Positions 31,016 through 41,796 of a stretch of DNA of 64,000 bases are shown here, piece after piece. The DNA comes from an uncultured delta proteobacterium. Lineage in GTDB: Bacteria > Desulfobacterota > Desulfomonilia > UBA1062. The notes beneath the pieces are model-generated. The model did not search any database and was not told the DNA's origin. It saw only the letters and a program-made list of their open reading frames with translations. The stretch is from the NCBI GenBank assembly GCA_963798485.1, contig CAWCTR010000014.1, positions 288,001-352,000 of the forward strand, in the 5' to 3' direction. Each line of letters starts with the position of its first letter. Positions within the stretch are counted from its first letter, which is position 1. Position numbers and translations under genes: made by a program.

Positions 31016-33859
31016 ATGGATGATAACACCTCATTTACAGAGATCGGCCAGCATGCTCAAAAAAAAGCAACATTATATCAATTGATAATCATCTGTGTGC
31101 TGCTTGCAGTTGTGATATTGACATTATATTGGCGTGTAAAGGGCTTCGATTTCATAGGTTGTGATGACCCAGTTTATGTTGCAGATAATTTGCATGTAAA
31201 AGACGGGCTATCGCTTGAAGGCTTAAAATGGGCTTTCCATCTAACAAGAGCAGGAGATGTAAGTTATTATCATCCATTAACCTGGCTTTCTCTCATGGTG
31301 GATTATGAGCTTTTTGGCCCTAAAGCAGGAATGTACCATCTGATTAATGTTCTTTATCATGTTCTGAACACAATATTACTTTTTATTGCATTACGGCTGT
31401 TCACAGGTTCCACATCGAAAAGCGCTTTTGTGTCAATGTTATTTGCAATTCATCCCATAAATGTTGAATCGGTAGCATGGATTGCAGAGAGAAAAAATCT
31501 CCTCAGTACTTTTTTTTGGATGCTGACATTACTTCTCTATTATTATTATTTTAAGAAACCATCTCTCGAAAGATATCTTATTGTATTTTTAATATTTATT
31601 CTTGGCCTCTTGTCTAAACCAATGCTCGTCACACTCCCCTTTGTATTACTACTTCTAGATTTTTGGCCAATGAATAGAATCCGTTTAGTTGGTGAAAATA
31701 TAACAGATATCTCTAAATCCATCCTAAATATGAATAACGCGAAATTGATAGTAGAGAAAGTGCCTTTGATAATACTTTCTGCTGTAATGATTGTATATAG
31801 TTCAAGGTCAATGTCAAATATTGGTTCATACATATCGATAAAAGCAGTTCCTATGAACCTCAGAATTAAAAATGCGATCGTATCATACATTCTCTATATC
31901 GAGAAAATGTTCTGGCCGGATAACCTGACCTTTTTTTATCGATTTCCTAATGAAGTACCACTGTGGGAGGTCGTGGGGGCCTTAATCTTTATCTTAATCA
32001 TTACTATCCTAGGTTTAAAATACATAAAGAAATTCCCGTACATCATCTTTGGCTGGCTCTGGTTCATAGGAACCCTCATTCCTGTTTCAGGAATAATTCA
32101 AGGCGGGGCTTGGCCAAAGATCGCAGAGAGGTTTGCCTATATTCCACTTATCGGACTATTCATTATCTTTTCATGGGGTGTCCCGGATTTATTAAAAAGG
32201 TTACGTAGAAAAGAAATTTTCATCTGCATTGCAGCCTCAATAATAATACTATCTCTTTCTGTAAAAACTTGGGCTCAGATAGGTTATTGGAAAGATGACT
32301 TTGCTCTTTGCAAGCATGCAATTCAAGTAAACAAAAACAATGAACTGGCTTATAACAATCTAGGGGTTGCATATGCGAATAAAGGGGAAGAAGATAAAGC
32401 ACTTAGACAATTTCAAGAGGCTATTAAGGTAGCACCTTTATATTACATAACATATCATAATATAGCTAAAATATATTATGACCGCCATGAATTAAAATTG
32501 GCTTTAAAGAATTTAGAAAAATCATTAGAACTTAGTCCTGTGACTCCCGAAAACCATTTAAACTATGGCATATACTTAACAGCGGTAGGAAGACACGAAG
32601 ATGCTTTGAAGCAGTTCAATGAAACAGTGAAGCTTGATCCTTATAGTAGTGATGCCCATTATAATATTGGTCTAGAAATGGAGAGAATAGGGAAAATAGA
32701 CGATGCCATGAGGCATTTTAGTGAGGCACTGAAAATTAACCCTAAGGAAGTCAGAGTTCATTTTGAATTAGGAAAAATCCTGATAGAATCGGGAAAAAAT
32801 AATGAGGCAGCAAAGGAATTTAATGAAGTCTTGAAGATGAAACCTAAAGGCATTACCGATTATAATGCACTAGGCATTATCTTGTTAGCAAAGGGGAAAA
32901 ATGATGATGCACAGAAATACTTCAACAAAACACTAAAGATTGATCCTAAAAATACGTTTGCTCTTAATGGGTTGGCAGAATGGTCAGCCAAGAAGGGGAA
33001 TAATGATGAAGCCGTAAGGTATCTTAATGAATGCTTGAAGATTGAATCTAATAATATTTATACGCATTATAAGTTGGGAACTATTTTAGCAACAACTGGT
33101 AGGATCGAAGAAGCCGTGACCCAATTTAATGAGGCCTTGAGGATTAATCCCGATTATACCGAAGCCCAAGTAGAGCTTGGTAGTTTAATGCTTCGTACAG
33201 GGAATTCTGATGAAGCTATACAGCTTTATCTGGAAATCTTAAAGAAAGATCCCCATCAGGCAGTGGTTTGCCACAATCTAGGGTCAGCTTATTTTGGTAA
33301 AGGAAATCTCAAGAAGGCAATTGAATACTACCAGAAATCTTTACATGAGAAACCTGATTATGCTCTGGCAGAAAAGGATCTGAAAGTTGCACAGGTAAAC
33401 CAAAAAAATTTAGAAGATGTGTCATTGAAAATACAAGGGGCAATAAAAGCATATCCCAATAATCCAATGCTCTTTGCCAAGCTCGGTGAGACTTATAGAT
33501 TGCTGGGTGATGATGATCAAGCTACAGTCCAATATAAGAAAGCACTCTCAATTCAGCCCCAATATATACAGGCCTTGTACGGGCTTGTTCTCATTTATTC
33601 TCAGCAACAGGAGAATTATACAAAGGCTCTTGATTTATTGCAGACCATGCGACAATACCAGCCTGGAAATCCCAATATTTATTATAATATTGCATGCATT
33701 TATGCAAAACAAAACAAAGTAAATGAATCGCTTATTTGGATTCAGAAAGCTATCGATAAAGGATTCCACAACTGGGATTCCATTAAGAAAGACCCTGACC
33801 TTACAAATATTAGGAATAATTCTTATTTCGTTGATTTAATAAAGAAACATCATGGGTAG
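31016..33859 (+). CDS. TMTC-like GT-C + extended TPR protein (paralog 5, subtype B, 947 aa)
   Basis: FIGCDD, YYHPLTW, HPINVESVAWIAERK, AERFAYIP; longest TPR array. Confidence 0.85.
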   Translation: MDDNTSFTEIGQHAQKKATLYQLIIICVLLAVVILTLYWRVKGFDFIGCDDPVYVADNLHVKDGLSLEGLKWAFHLTRAGDVSYYHPLTWLSLMVDYELFGPKAGMYHLINVLYHVLNTILLFIALRLFTGSTSKSAFVSMLFAIHPINVESVAWIAERKNLLSTFFWMLTLLLYYYYFKKPSLERYLIVFLIFILGLLSKPMLVTLPFVLLLLDFWPMNRIRLVGENITDISKSILNMNNAKLIVEKVPLIILSAVMIVYSSRSMSNIGSYISIKAVPMNLRIKNAIVSYILYIEKMFWPDNLTFFYRFPNEVPLWEVVGALIFILIITILGLKYIKKFPYIIFGWLWFIGTLIPVSGIIQGGAWPKIAERFAYIPLIGLFIIFSWGVPDLLKRLRRKEIFICIAASIIILSLSVKTWAQIGYWKDDFALCKHAIQVNKNNELAYNNLGVAYANKGEEDKALRQFQEAIKVAPLYYITYHNIAKIYYDRHELKLALKNLEKSLELSPVTPENHLNYGIYLTAVGRHEDALKQFNETVKLDPYSSDAHYNIGLEMERIGKIDDAMRHFSEALKINPKEVRVHFELGKILIESGKNNEAAKEFNEVLKMKPKGITDYNALGIILLAKGKNDDAQKYFNKTLKIDPKNTFALNGLAEWSAKKGNNDEAVRYLNECLKIESNNIYTHYKLGTILATTGRIEEAVTQFNEALRINPDYTEAQVELGSLMLRTGNSDEAIQLYLEILKKDPHQAVVCHNLGSAYFGKGNLKKAIEYYQKSLHEKPDYALAEKDLKVAQVNQKNLEDVSLKIQGAIKAYPNNPMLFAKLGETYRLLGDDDQATVQYKKALSIQPQYIQALYGLVLIYSQQQENYTKALDLLQTMRQYQPGNPNIYYNIACIYAKQNKVNESLIWIQKAIDKGFHNWDSIKKDPDLTNIRNNSYFVDLIKKHHG

Positions 33860-33928
33860 TGAAGATACTGAAATGGAATAAGATAGGCAAAAGGAGAACC
33901 ATGTCATGAGTAATCGCTTATTGAAGTC

Positions 33929-36292
33929 CTAACGTGTTGATTTGTCTCGTCCTGTATAAGGTTCGGAGTTATTTTGGATCACAGTGTGATTTTCTATCAA
34001 TTCATTTATAAAAGCTGTGTTTCTAATGTTAGCAAGATCTGGGTCCCTCTTTATCATTTCCCAATTGTGAAATCCCTTTTCAATTGACAGTTTCAGCCAT
34101 TCAGTAGATTTATCACTCATATTTTGCTTAGCATAAATACATGCAATATTATAATAAACATCTGGATTACCAGGCTGTAACTTACTCATGCCCTGTAACA
34201 CATCAAGAGCCTTTGTATACTCCTGGCGATTGGAATAAACTAGTAACAGACCGTTCATAGCCTGGATGAATTTTGGTTGAATCGAGATCGCATCATTGTA
34301 TTGAGCAATGGCTTTTTCATATTCACCCAGCTTGCAGTAGATGTTGCCAAGCTTTGTATATAGTGCTGGATTCAGAGAATCCGACTTCACCAGCCCTTGT
34401 GTCTTTACGAGCAACCCTTCGAGTATTTTTTGGTTTATCCTGGCATTTTTAAGATTACTGACCGCCCCAGCATAATTAGGCTTTTCCCGTATTGACTCTT
34501 GATAACACTCGATGGCTTTTTTGATGTTCCCTTTATTGATAAAGGCCGTCCCTAAATTGTTGTAAACATCCGCCTGATGAGGATCTATACTTAATGCTTC
34601 TGTATAATGCTTAATAGCTTCATCATAATTACCTTTGCGCAACATCAAATTACCAAGGTTATTATTAGCTTCAATACTTCCATGGTTGATCTTAAGGGCT
34701 TCATTAAAATACTTTATAGCCTCATCCGTATTGCCTAAACCTGCCAAGAGCGTACCCAAAGCAGTGTGGGCATCAGCATTATTAGGGTCAACCTCTAATC
34801 CCTTTAAATAATACCCGATTGCAGTTTTCGTATCCTTGCGTGCTTCAAAGGCTTCCCCGAGATCGATATATGCCTTTGGATTAGCAGGGTTTATTCGAAG
34901 AGCCTCTCGGTAGTATTTGATAGCACCATCCACATCACCCTTATGAAGAAGAGTGTACCCAAATTGGAGGTGTGCTAAGTCATTGTTCTTGGTTACTTGA
35001 AGTGCATGGCGGAAAAGAGTCTCATTGTTTTTCCAGAAAGACAGTTGTTCCCATGTTGTCCAAGTGAGAAGCACAAAGACAATCCCGGATATTACACCAA
35101 GTGCAGGTTTACCATAATTCCATCTGCCGAAGATGTCTGATATACTCCATACTATTATAACGAATATCCCTATAAGTGGAATATAGGTATACCGGTCTGC
35201 CATCGATTGCTGGCCCACCTGCACGATCCCGATTACCGGGACAAGGGTACCAAGATACCAGAGCCAACCTACCATGAGATAAGGCAAACTCTTTGCAGCA
35301 ATTAGGACCAGAACAGTTATAAGCAAAAAAATCGAGAAACATAGTACTATATTATAAAGATGAAGGACATCCGGATATGGGTAAAATACTGCAAGATTGA
35401 TTGGCCAAAACATCTTCCCAAGATAGGCAATATAAGAATTGGCAGCATTTGCTATTCTGATGCCTATCGGCATGTATTTACTAGATACAACCGCTCCCCA
35501 GCTTTTTTGGGCAAAAAAGGTGATCACACTTGATATCAGCGCTAGAAGAATAAGTGGTATCTTATCAAGCAAGATGATTGAAGGCCCCGACCATCTACTA
35601 TTAAATCCCACTATAATTTCGCCTTTGTCAGTGGCCTTGTTTATCGCTTGAAAGAGATTCACACGCTTTAACGGCCAGAAATCAAGAAGCAGCAGCACAA
35701 ACGGCAATGTTACGAGCATGGGTTTCGATAAGAGCCCAAGGATATAGGAAAAGACCACAATTAGATATCTTGTTAAATTTCTGCTTTTTACATACCACAT
35801 ATAACCCATCATGGTGAGCATCCAGAAAAAGGTGCTCAGAACGTCTTTACGTTCAGAGACCCACGCCACCGATTCCACATGCAGGGGATGAAGAGCAAAG
35901 AGTGCAGCAACAGCAGCGCTCTTCAAGATCGCCCCGGTCATCCCCTGAAAAACGAAGAATAACAGGAGTGTATTGATTATATGGAAAAACACATTGACCA
36001 GGTGGTGCATTCCAGGGTTCATTCCAAAGAGCTGGACATCAAGCATATGAGAAATCCAGGTCAACGGGTGCCAGTTGGCGGCATACACGGATGCAAAGGC
36101 CCATCTTATACCTTGAAGGGTTATCCCTTGCTTGATAGTAGGATTTTCAGTTACATATCTTGGGTCATCGAGGTTGATAAACTCGAAACCTATCACTTGC
36201 CAGTATACAGTAAATACTGCTGCAGAAAGGAGAAGACAGATCAGAACCTTGGTAAATAAATATTTCCTGGAAGTCAGCTCTTCTTTCATCAT
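33929..36292 (-). CDS. TMTC-like GT-C + TPR protein (paralog 6)
   Basis: FINLDD, NWHPLTW, GQQSMADRY, TPRs, C-terminal tail. Confidence 0.85.
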   Translation of the reverse strand: MMKEELTSRKYLFTKVLICLLLSAAVFTVYWQVIGFEFINLDDPRYVTENPTIKQGITLQGIRWAFASVYAANWHPLTWISHMLDVQLFGMNPGMHHLVNVFFHIINTLLLFFVFQGMTGAILKSAAVAALFALHPLHVESVAWVSERKDVLSTFFWMLTMMGYMWYVKSRNLTRYLIVVFSYILGLLSKPMLVTLPFVLLLLDFWPLKRVNLFQAINKATDKGEIIVGFNSRWSGPSIILLDKIPLILLALISSVITFFAQKSWGAVVSSKYMPIGIRIANAANSYIAYLGKMFWPINLAVFYPYPDVLHLYNIVLCFSIFLLITVLVLIAAKSLPYLMVGWLWYLGTLVPVIGIVQVGQQSMADRYTYIPLIGIFVIIVWSISDIFGRWNYGKPALGVISGIVFVLLTWTTWEQLSFWKNNETLFRHALQVTKNNDLAHLQFGYTLLHKGDVDGAIKYYREALRINPANPKAYIDLGEAFEARKDTKTAIGYYLKGLEVDPNNADAHTALGTLLAGLGNTDEAIKYFNEALKINHGSIEANNNLGNLMLRKGNYDEAIKHYTEALSIDPHQADVYNNLGTAFINKGNIKKAIECYQESIREKPNYAGAVSNLKNARINQKILEGLLVKTQGLVKSDSLNPALYTKLGNIYCKLGEYEKAIAQYNDAISIQPKFIQAMNGLLLVYSNRQEYTKALDVLQGMSKLQPGNPDVYYNIACIYAKQNMSDKSTEWLKLSIEKGFHNWEMIKRDPDLANIRNTAFINELIENHTVIQNNSEPYTGRDKSTR

Positions 36293-36386
36293 GCTATCAC
36301 TCTATCATTTCAAATATTAAAGAGCTGGCCCCGGTTGTTTGGACAGGGGATGGCGTTTTATAAGTGAAGCCTTGCCGTTATTCCCA

Positions 36387-37217
36387 TTAAGCCGCATCGG
36401 GCATCTCCTCCCGACAACCGAAATAAACCTCATCCGGGGGTGATCCGTCAAGCGTCGAGTGTGGCCGACGATGATTGTAGAAAGTAAGATAGCGTTCCAA
36501 GCCTCTTTTGGCTTCGCTGACGCTATCATAGGCGTGCAGATAGACCTCCTCATATTTGATGCTTTTCCAGAGCCTCTCTACGAACACATTGTCACGCCAG
36601 CATCCTCTCCCGTCCATGCTGATGGCAATGCCTTTTTCCTTCAAAAGCGCTGTAAACTCCATGCCGGTGAACTGGCTGCCCTGGTCGGTATTGAAGATTT
36701 CCGGTGTGCCATATAGATCTAGGGCTTCTTGAACCGCCTCGATACAAAAATCTGTGCTCAGGGTGTTTGACAACCGCCACGAGAGTACCCGCCGTGTTGC
36801 CCAGTCCATCACCACGAAGAGATAGACAAAACCCCGCTTCATCGGAATATAGGTGATGTCTGCTGCCCAGACATGGTTAGGTCTCTCGATCTTCAGGTTC
36901 CTAAGCAGATAGGGGTAGACCTGATGAGCCTGGTTTCGTCGGGTGGTATTGGGCTTGCGGTAGATGGCACCTATCCGCATGCGCCTCATCAGGGTGCTCA
37001 CATGCCGGCGACCGACCAGATGTCCTTCGCGTCTGAGCAAATCCCTGAGCATCCGGGCTCCGGCAAAGGGATAATCAAGATGCAGCTTATCTATCCGACG
37101 CATCTGCTCAAGATCACCAGGCAATACCGGCCGTGGCTGGTAATATACGCTCGAACGCGATATCTTCAAGGTACGGCACTGCTTCGTTACCGGCAGTTTG
37201 TGGCTGGGGTTTATCAT
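36387..37217 (-). CDS. IS3 transposase OrfB (DDE integrase core)
   Basis: WAADITY, FNTDQGSQF, DNVFVERLWKSIKYE. Confidence 0.93.
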   Translation of the reverse strand: MINPSHKLPVTKQCRTLKISRSSVYYQPRPVLPGDLEQMRRIDKLHLDYPFAGARMLRDLLRREGHLVGRRHVSTLMRRMRIGAIYRKPNTTRRNQAHQVYPYLLRNLKIERPNHVWAADITYIPMKRGFVYLFVVMDWATRRVLSWRLSNTLSTDFCIEAVQEALDLYGTPEIFNTDQGSQFTGMEFTALLKEKGIAISMDGRGCWRDNVFVERLWKSIKYEEVYLHAYDSVSEAKRGLERYLTFYNHRRPHSTLDGSPPDEVYFGCREEMPDAA

Positions 37218-37510
37218 TTTCTTGCGCTCAGCCGCCCCACTTTGATGAGCGCCTCTTCTAAAAAATCGTTCTCCAGGGTCAGTTCGCCGATCTTGGCATG
37301 CAGTTCCTTCAGGTCCGGCTCCTTGCCCTTCCTGGGGCCATCAAAGACCATGGCCGCACCATCCAGCATCTGCTGCTTCCAGTCCGATATCTGGTTAGGG
37401 TGTACATCGTACTGTTCAGCTATCTCTGCAAGCGTCCTATCACCCTTGATTGCTGATAATGCCACTTTCGCCTTAAAACTTGCCGAATGATTCCTTCTTG
37501 TCCTTCTCAT
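37214..37510 (-). CDS. IS3 transposase OrfA (HTH)
   Basis: RRNHSASFKAKVAL...WKQQ...LENDFL; ATGA overlap and T TTT TTA slippery site near the end. Confidence 0.9.
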   Translation of the reverse strand: MRRTRRNHSASFKAKVALSAIKGDRTLAEIAEQYDVHPNQISDWKQQMLDGAAMVFDGPRKGKEPDLKELHAKIGELTLENDFLEEALIKVGRLSARK

Positions 37511-37742
37511 CCTCTTGCTCCTTTCTTTGACCGTAGTTCATCGGTCTTTTTAGAGCAAGGTTTTCACTTATCGACCTGTCCGAATTTCCGGAGCCACTTC
37601 TTAATATAGTTATAATTATAACTAGTGTCCATCCGGAAAGCGGTCTTTTTTAAAGTAGGGTGGGCTACAAAATACAGGTTCTGGGCCTTTCAAAATCAGA
37701 AAGTTATTGCAGGTATCTACACTCGTTCTCCCATAAAATATC

Positions 37743-39998
37743 TTAATGATTTTTTATCAATTCATTTATAAAAGCTGTGTTTCTAATGCTAGCAAGATCA
37801 GGATCTTTCTTAATAAGGTCCCAATTGTGAAATCCCTTCTCAATTGACTGCTTCAACCATTCAATAGATTTATCACTCATATTCTGCTTAGCATAAATAC
37901 ATGCAATGTTATAGTATACATCTGGATTACCAGGCTGGATCAGTCTTATATTTTGTAGCATATTAAGTGCCTTAGTGGACTCATTACAATCAGAATAAAC
38001 AAGCACAAGCCCATACATAGCATCGATGAAATTGGTATTAATCGAAAGTGCCTTTTGATATTCGGATATCGCTTCGTCATAGTTACCCTGTTGCATGTAG
38101 ATGCTGCCGAGTTTAGTGATCAGAATAGTATTATTCGGTTCGCTCTTTATCATCTCTCGAATTCTTAAGATCAGATCATCTCTTTTCTTTTGGGCTGTTC
38201 TGGCACTCTCAAGAGCATTAATAGCATCAACATAACCTGATTTTTCATGGATAGCATCGATAAAGTATCCAATAGCCTTCTTGATATTACCTTTCTGGAT
38301 ATAGATAACCCCAAGATTGTAGTACACGCGTTCCTGATGTGAATCTATATGTAATGCCTCTGTATAATATTTAATGGCATCATTAAGATTACCCTTAACT
38401 GCCATGATGTTGCCAAGGTTGTTATAAACGCCCCCATCTTGTGGATTCATTTTTATGCACTCCTGGAACTGATCAACAGCCTCATCAAAATGTTTCTCCT
38501 CAGCAAGTGCTCTACCCAGATTGAAGTGGGCATTCTCAAAATGAGGGTTAATCTTCAATGAATCTTGGTATTGCCTGATAGCCGCTTGAACATCCCCCCG
38601 GTGAAAAAGGGCGATTCCGAGATTGTTATGTGCCAGGTAATTGTTTTTGGTCAACTCAAGTGTGTGATTAAAGAGAGTTTCGCTGTTTTTCCAATAACTA
38701 ACCTGCACCCAACTGGTCCACATAAGAAATATAAGAAGGAGGGGGGTGAACACCCCTGTAGCCAATTGTCTATATTGCCAATGGGCAATAAGATCCGCAA
38801 GACCCCATACTATCATAATGAAAATCCCGACAAGTGGGAGGTATGTGTATCTATCCGCCATTGATTGTTGCCCCACCTGTACAATACCGATTACAGGAAT
38901 AAGAGTCCCCAAATACCAGAACCAACCTACTAAGAGATAAGGTAGTTGTTTCGCAAAAAGTAGCGTCATAAATGTTATGAATAAAATGATTAAGAGGGAA
39001 ATTATGACCTCAATGGGATGAAAGGAACCCGGGTATGGGTATAATACTGCAAGATTGATAGGCAACAGCATTTTCCCGAGATAGCCTGTATATGAGATGA
39101 CAGAATTTATTAACCTAGTACTGAAGTGCAAATGCTCAAAAGGTTGCACCGCCCCACCGTTTCTCTGGGCATAGAACGTCACACCGCTCGATATTATTGC
39201 AAGTATAATAAGTGGTATCTTCTCTCGAATCAGAAGGGACAGCTGCGGCCACCTGCTGCTGAACCTCACTTTGTTACAACTTTGATTACCTCCAATCCAT
39301 TCTATCTGAACATCTCCTCCTAGCCGTTTCAGAGGCCAAACATCCAGGAGGAGCAATGCAAATGGCAACGTCACCAGCATTGGCTTAGAAAGTAGTCCAA
39401 GTATAAAGATAAAAACCACAAGGTAATATCTTTTGAAACTGCTATTCTGTACATACCAGTAGTAACCCACCATGGTAAGTAGCCAGAAAAAGGTGCTCAG
39501 GACATCCTTGCGCTCAGAGATCCATGCGACCGACTCCACATGCAGGGGGTGAAGGGCAAAAAGAGCAGCCACCGCAGCGCTCCTCCATAATGCCCCGGTC
39601 ATCTTCTGCAATACAAAGAATAAGAGGAGGGTGTTAAGAGTATGGAAGATCACATTGGTGAGGTGATGCATGCCCGGGTTCATCCCGAATAGCTGAACAT
39701 CCAGCATATGCGATATCCAGGTCAAGGGGTGCCAATTGGCTGCATACATAGAGGTAAAGGCCCACCTGATACCTGTAAGTGTTATTCCTTGAATTATTAT
39801 GTGGTTCTCAGTGATATATAAATGATCATCGAAATTAATGAAATCAAAATTAATCACCTGCCAATACACAACAATTATCGCTATAGCAAGTAAAGCACAG
39901 ATTAATACGAGAATGGATGCACGGCTTTTATTATTTATCGCTGACTTTAATGAGAGAGTGTTATTTGCCAAAGGTACCTCCAAATTACCTGATAACAT
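37743..39998 (-). CDS. TMTC-like GT-C + TPR protein (paralog 7)
   Basis: FINFDD, NWHPLTW, GQQSMADRY, TPRs; true start may be TTG 39971 after GGAGG. Confidence 0.85.
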   Translation of the reverse strand: MLSGNLEVPLANNTLSLKSAINNKSRASILVLICALLAIAIIVVYWQVINFDFINFDDHLYITENHIIIQGITLTGIRWAFTSMYAANWHPLTWISHMLDVQLFGMNPGMHHLTNVIFHTLNTLLLFFVLQKMTGALWRSAAVAALFALHPLHVESVAWISERKDVLSTFFWLLTMVGYYWYVQNSSFKRYYLVVFIFILGLLSKPMLVTLPFALLLLDVWPLKRLGGDVQIEWIGGNQSCNKVRFSSRWPQLSLLIREKIPLIILAIISSGVTFYAQRNGGAVQPFEHLHFSTRLINSVISYTGYLGKMLLPINLAVLYPYPGSFHPIEVIISLLIILFITFMTLLFAKQLPYLLVGWFWYLGTLIPVIGIVQVGQQSMADRYTYLPLVGIFIMIVWGLADLIAHWQYRQLATGVFTPLLLIFLMWTSWVQVSYWKNSETLFNHTLELTKNNYLAHNNLGIALFHRGDVQAAIRQYQDSLKINPHFENAHFNLGRALAEEKHFDEAVDQFQECIKMNPQDGGVYNNLGNIMAVKGNLNDAIKYYTEALHIDSHQERVYYNLGVIYIQKGNIKKAIGYFIDAIHEKSGYVDAINALESARTAQKKRDDLILRIREMIKSEPNNTILITKLGSIYMQQGNYDEAISEYQKALSINTNFIDAMYGLVLVYSDCNESTKALNMLQNIRLIQPGNPDVYYNIACIYAKQNMSDKSIEWLKQSIEKGFHNWDLIKKDPDLASIRNTAFINELIKNH

Positions 39999-40029
39999 AT
40001 AAGGTTGTCAGGAACTATTTTTAATATAC

Positions 40030-41763
40030 TCAAAACTTTGAATGGTATGGTTCATGGAATTTAAAGACATCGTAGCGCTCGGGTGGCACTGATTCAAATG
40101 CAAATGGGAGCGGCCCTAAGACATGTGAGTAAAAGCCAGCGACATGATCAGATGATTCTGTTGTCACCCAATGACTAGACGGTAACTCTATGGATCCGAT
40201 ATAATCTGCAATTGCCGAACTGATATGATAAGTGTTTGTGTTGTTGTTTGGAATAATAAAGATGTCACCTGGTGCGGCACGAGATGTATGTACATCAATG
40301 GCTTTCGCACCGCCTTCTTCCATATAGTGCTGAAAGCCCCAATGCCCCTGAAACCATATCGTGCAATTGGATCTGGGAAGACTCAGTAGACGCTCTGCAG
40401 CATCGCGACCTGTACCGGCGAGGCAGTAATCACTCCAACAAATAGAAAGACTCAATAGTGCAGCTATAATCAATGATGCAACGGTCCATTGAGCAATTGG
40501 TGGCCCTTGATTGTTTAGACGCCGTACGAAGAGGATTGCTGCTGGTGGACCAAGCGGCATGAGGGTGCGAACATTAACGGACCAGTTGATAATACATCCG
40601 AAGATAAAAGTGCCGATTACCCATAGTATCAGTAGTATGATATCCGGGTTAGCACCTAGCCTCCAGGAGGTTGCAACAATTGTCATGATCAAAAGCCCCA
40701 TAAAGATCAGCAACGACAATTCGAATGTGAGGAGAAGATGGTATCCGTTCGGAACAGACGGTGCACCAGAATGGACCACGCCCCAGATGATCAGCAGTGC
40801 AGCAACAAAGGAAAGAAGTATATAGCCTATAAGTAAATAGGGGCGGAAAAGTCTCGGTGCAAGAAGAAATGTGAACGGCAATACCGGACCGAGAAAGCCA
40901 AAACCGACGATGATTTTCCCCCAAGCCATCGAACCCTTTGCCCAGCGGTTGAGATTTGCATATTGTGCTGCATCACTTAAAAGACCATGTCCATAAAGTA
41001 TGGCAGTCCAATGTTGATAGCCGACAAGAACAACTATTGGCAAAGCCAATGTGAGCAAAGATAACCTAAAACTGCGGTGGTGTATAATTGTGTATATTAA
41101 CATCAAAGGCAGGGCACTCAATGCAAAATACTTTGTCAATGCAGCAAGTGTGATGAGTATAATGGCTGATACAAGTTGTAGGGAAGAGTTATGTTTGATG
41201 CCGTTTATCCACAAGACGATGGACCACAAGAACAGGGCCAGCATCATAATGTCACACATGATGTTAGTGCTTGAAACCATGAAATAAGGTGATATAAGGA
41301 ACGCCATTGCTGCTAGCACAGGTGATGCTGCATATTGGCGTGCTAAAGCATATACTCCTAATATCACTGAGATCGCGAATGGTAACAAGGCAAGATGAAG
41401 TACTACTTCAGACCAGCCGAATAATAGAGCGACTGCAGCAATATAGTATGAAGCCAAGGGAGGATTTTTCATAACATCAGCCATTGGCTTTTCTGATATG
41501 TACCAATTAACGGTGAAGCCGTAGGGATCAAAGGGGTGTGCGATAATCTGGTGTGCGGTCTTTAGGAAAAGTGGATCATCCATATGGAATGCCTTACCAG
41601 TAAAAGGAACTAGAAGTGCTGCTGTTAGAATCGCTAGCACTGGGATGGCACGTCGCGGACCAGGGTCACTATAGAGCCACGTTGATGCCATTTCCCAATA
41701 AGTTGGTGCATTCTTGTCGGATTGGTTTCTCTTCTCGCGACTGTTTCTCTTCTGGCGATCCAT
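40030..41763 (-). CDS. GT-C family (ArnT/PMT_2-like) membrane glycosyltransferase
   Basis: FHMDDPLF, KNPPL, LAALTKY; multi-TM with a soluble C-terminal domain. Confidence 0.75.
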   Translation of the reverse strand: MDRQKRNSREKRNQSDKNAPTYWEMASTWLYSDPGPRRAIPVLAILTAALLVPFTGKAFHMDDPLFLKTAHQIIAHPFDPYGFTVNWYISEKPMADVMKNPPLASYYIAAVALLFGWSEVVLHLALLPFAISVILGVYALARQYAASPVLAAMAFLISPYFMVSSTNIMCDIMMLALFLWSIVLWINGIKHNSSLQLVSAIILITLAALTKYFALSALPLMLIYTIIHHRSFRLSLLTLALPIVVLVGYQHWTAILYGHGLLSDAAQYANLNRWAKGSMAWGKIIVGFGFLGPVLPFTFLLAPRLFRPYLLIGYILLSFVAALLIIWGVVHSGAPSVPNGYHLLLTFELSLLIFMGLLIMTIVATSWRLGANPDIILLILWVIGTFIFGCIINWSVNVRTLMPLGPPAAILFVRRLNNQGPPIAQWTVASLIIAALLSLSICWSDYCLAGTGRDAAERLLSLPRSNCTIWFQGHWGFQHYMEEGGAKAIDVHTSRAAPGDIFIIPNNNTNTYHISSAIADYIGSIELPSSHWVTTESSDHVAGFYSHVLGPLPFAFESVPPERYDVFKFHEPYHSKF

Positions 41764-41796
41764 ATTCTATCAACACTTTTTCTTACATAAAATATT

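Larger units (their letters stand above)
36318..37603 (-). mobile_element. Apparently complete IS3-family insertion sequence
   Basis: Imperfect IRs TAAAGAGCTGGCCCCGGTTGTTTGGACAGG and TAAGAAGTGGCTCCGGAAATTCGGACAGG; ATAT target duplication at 36314-36317 and 37604-37607; orfA and orfB present. Confidence 0.9.

Noticed and set aside
37621-37660. CTAGTGTCCATCCGGAAA resembles a small mobile-element end
   Set aside because: No partner repeat or transposase found in the window
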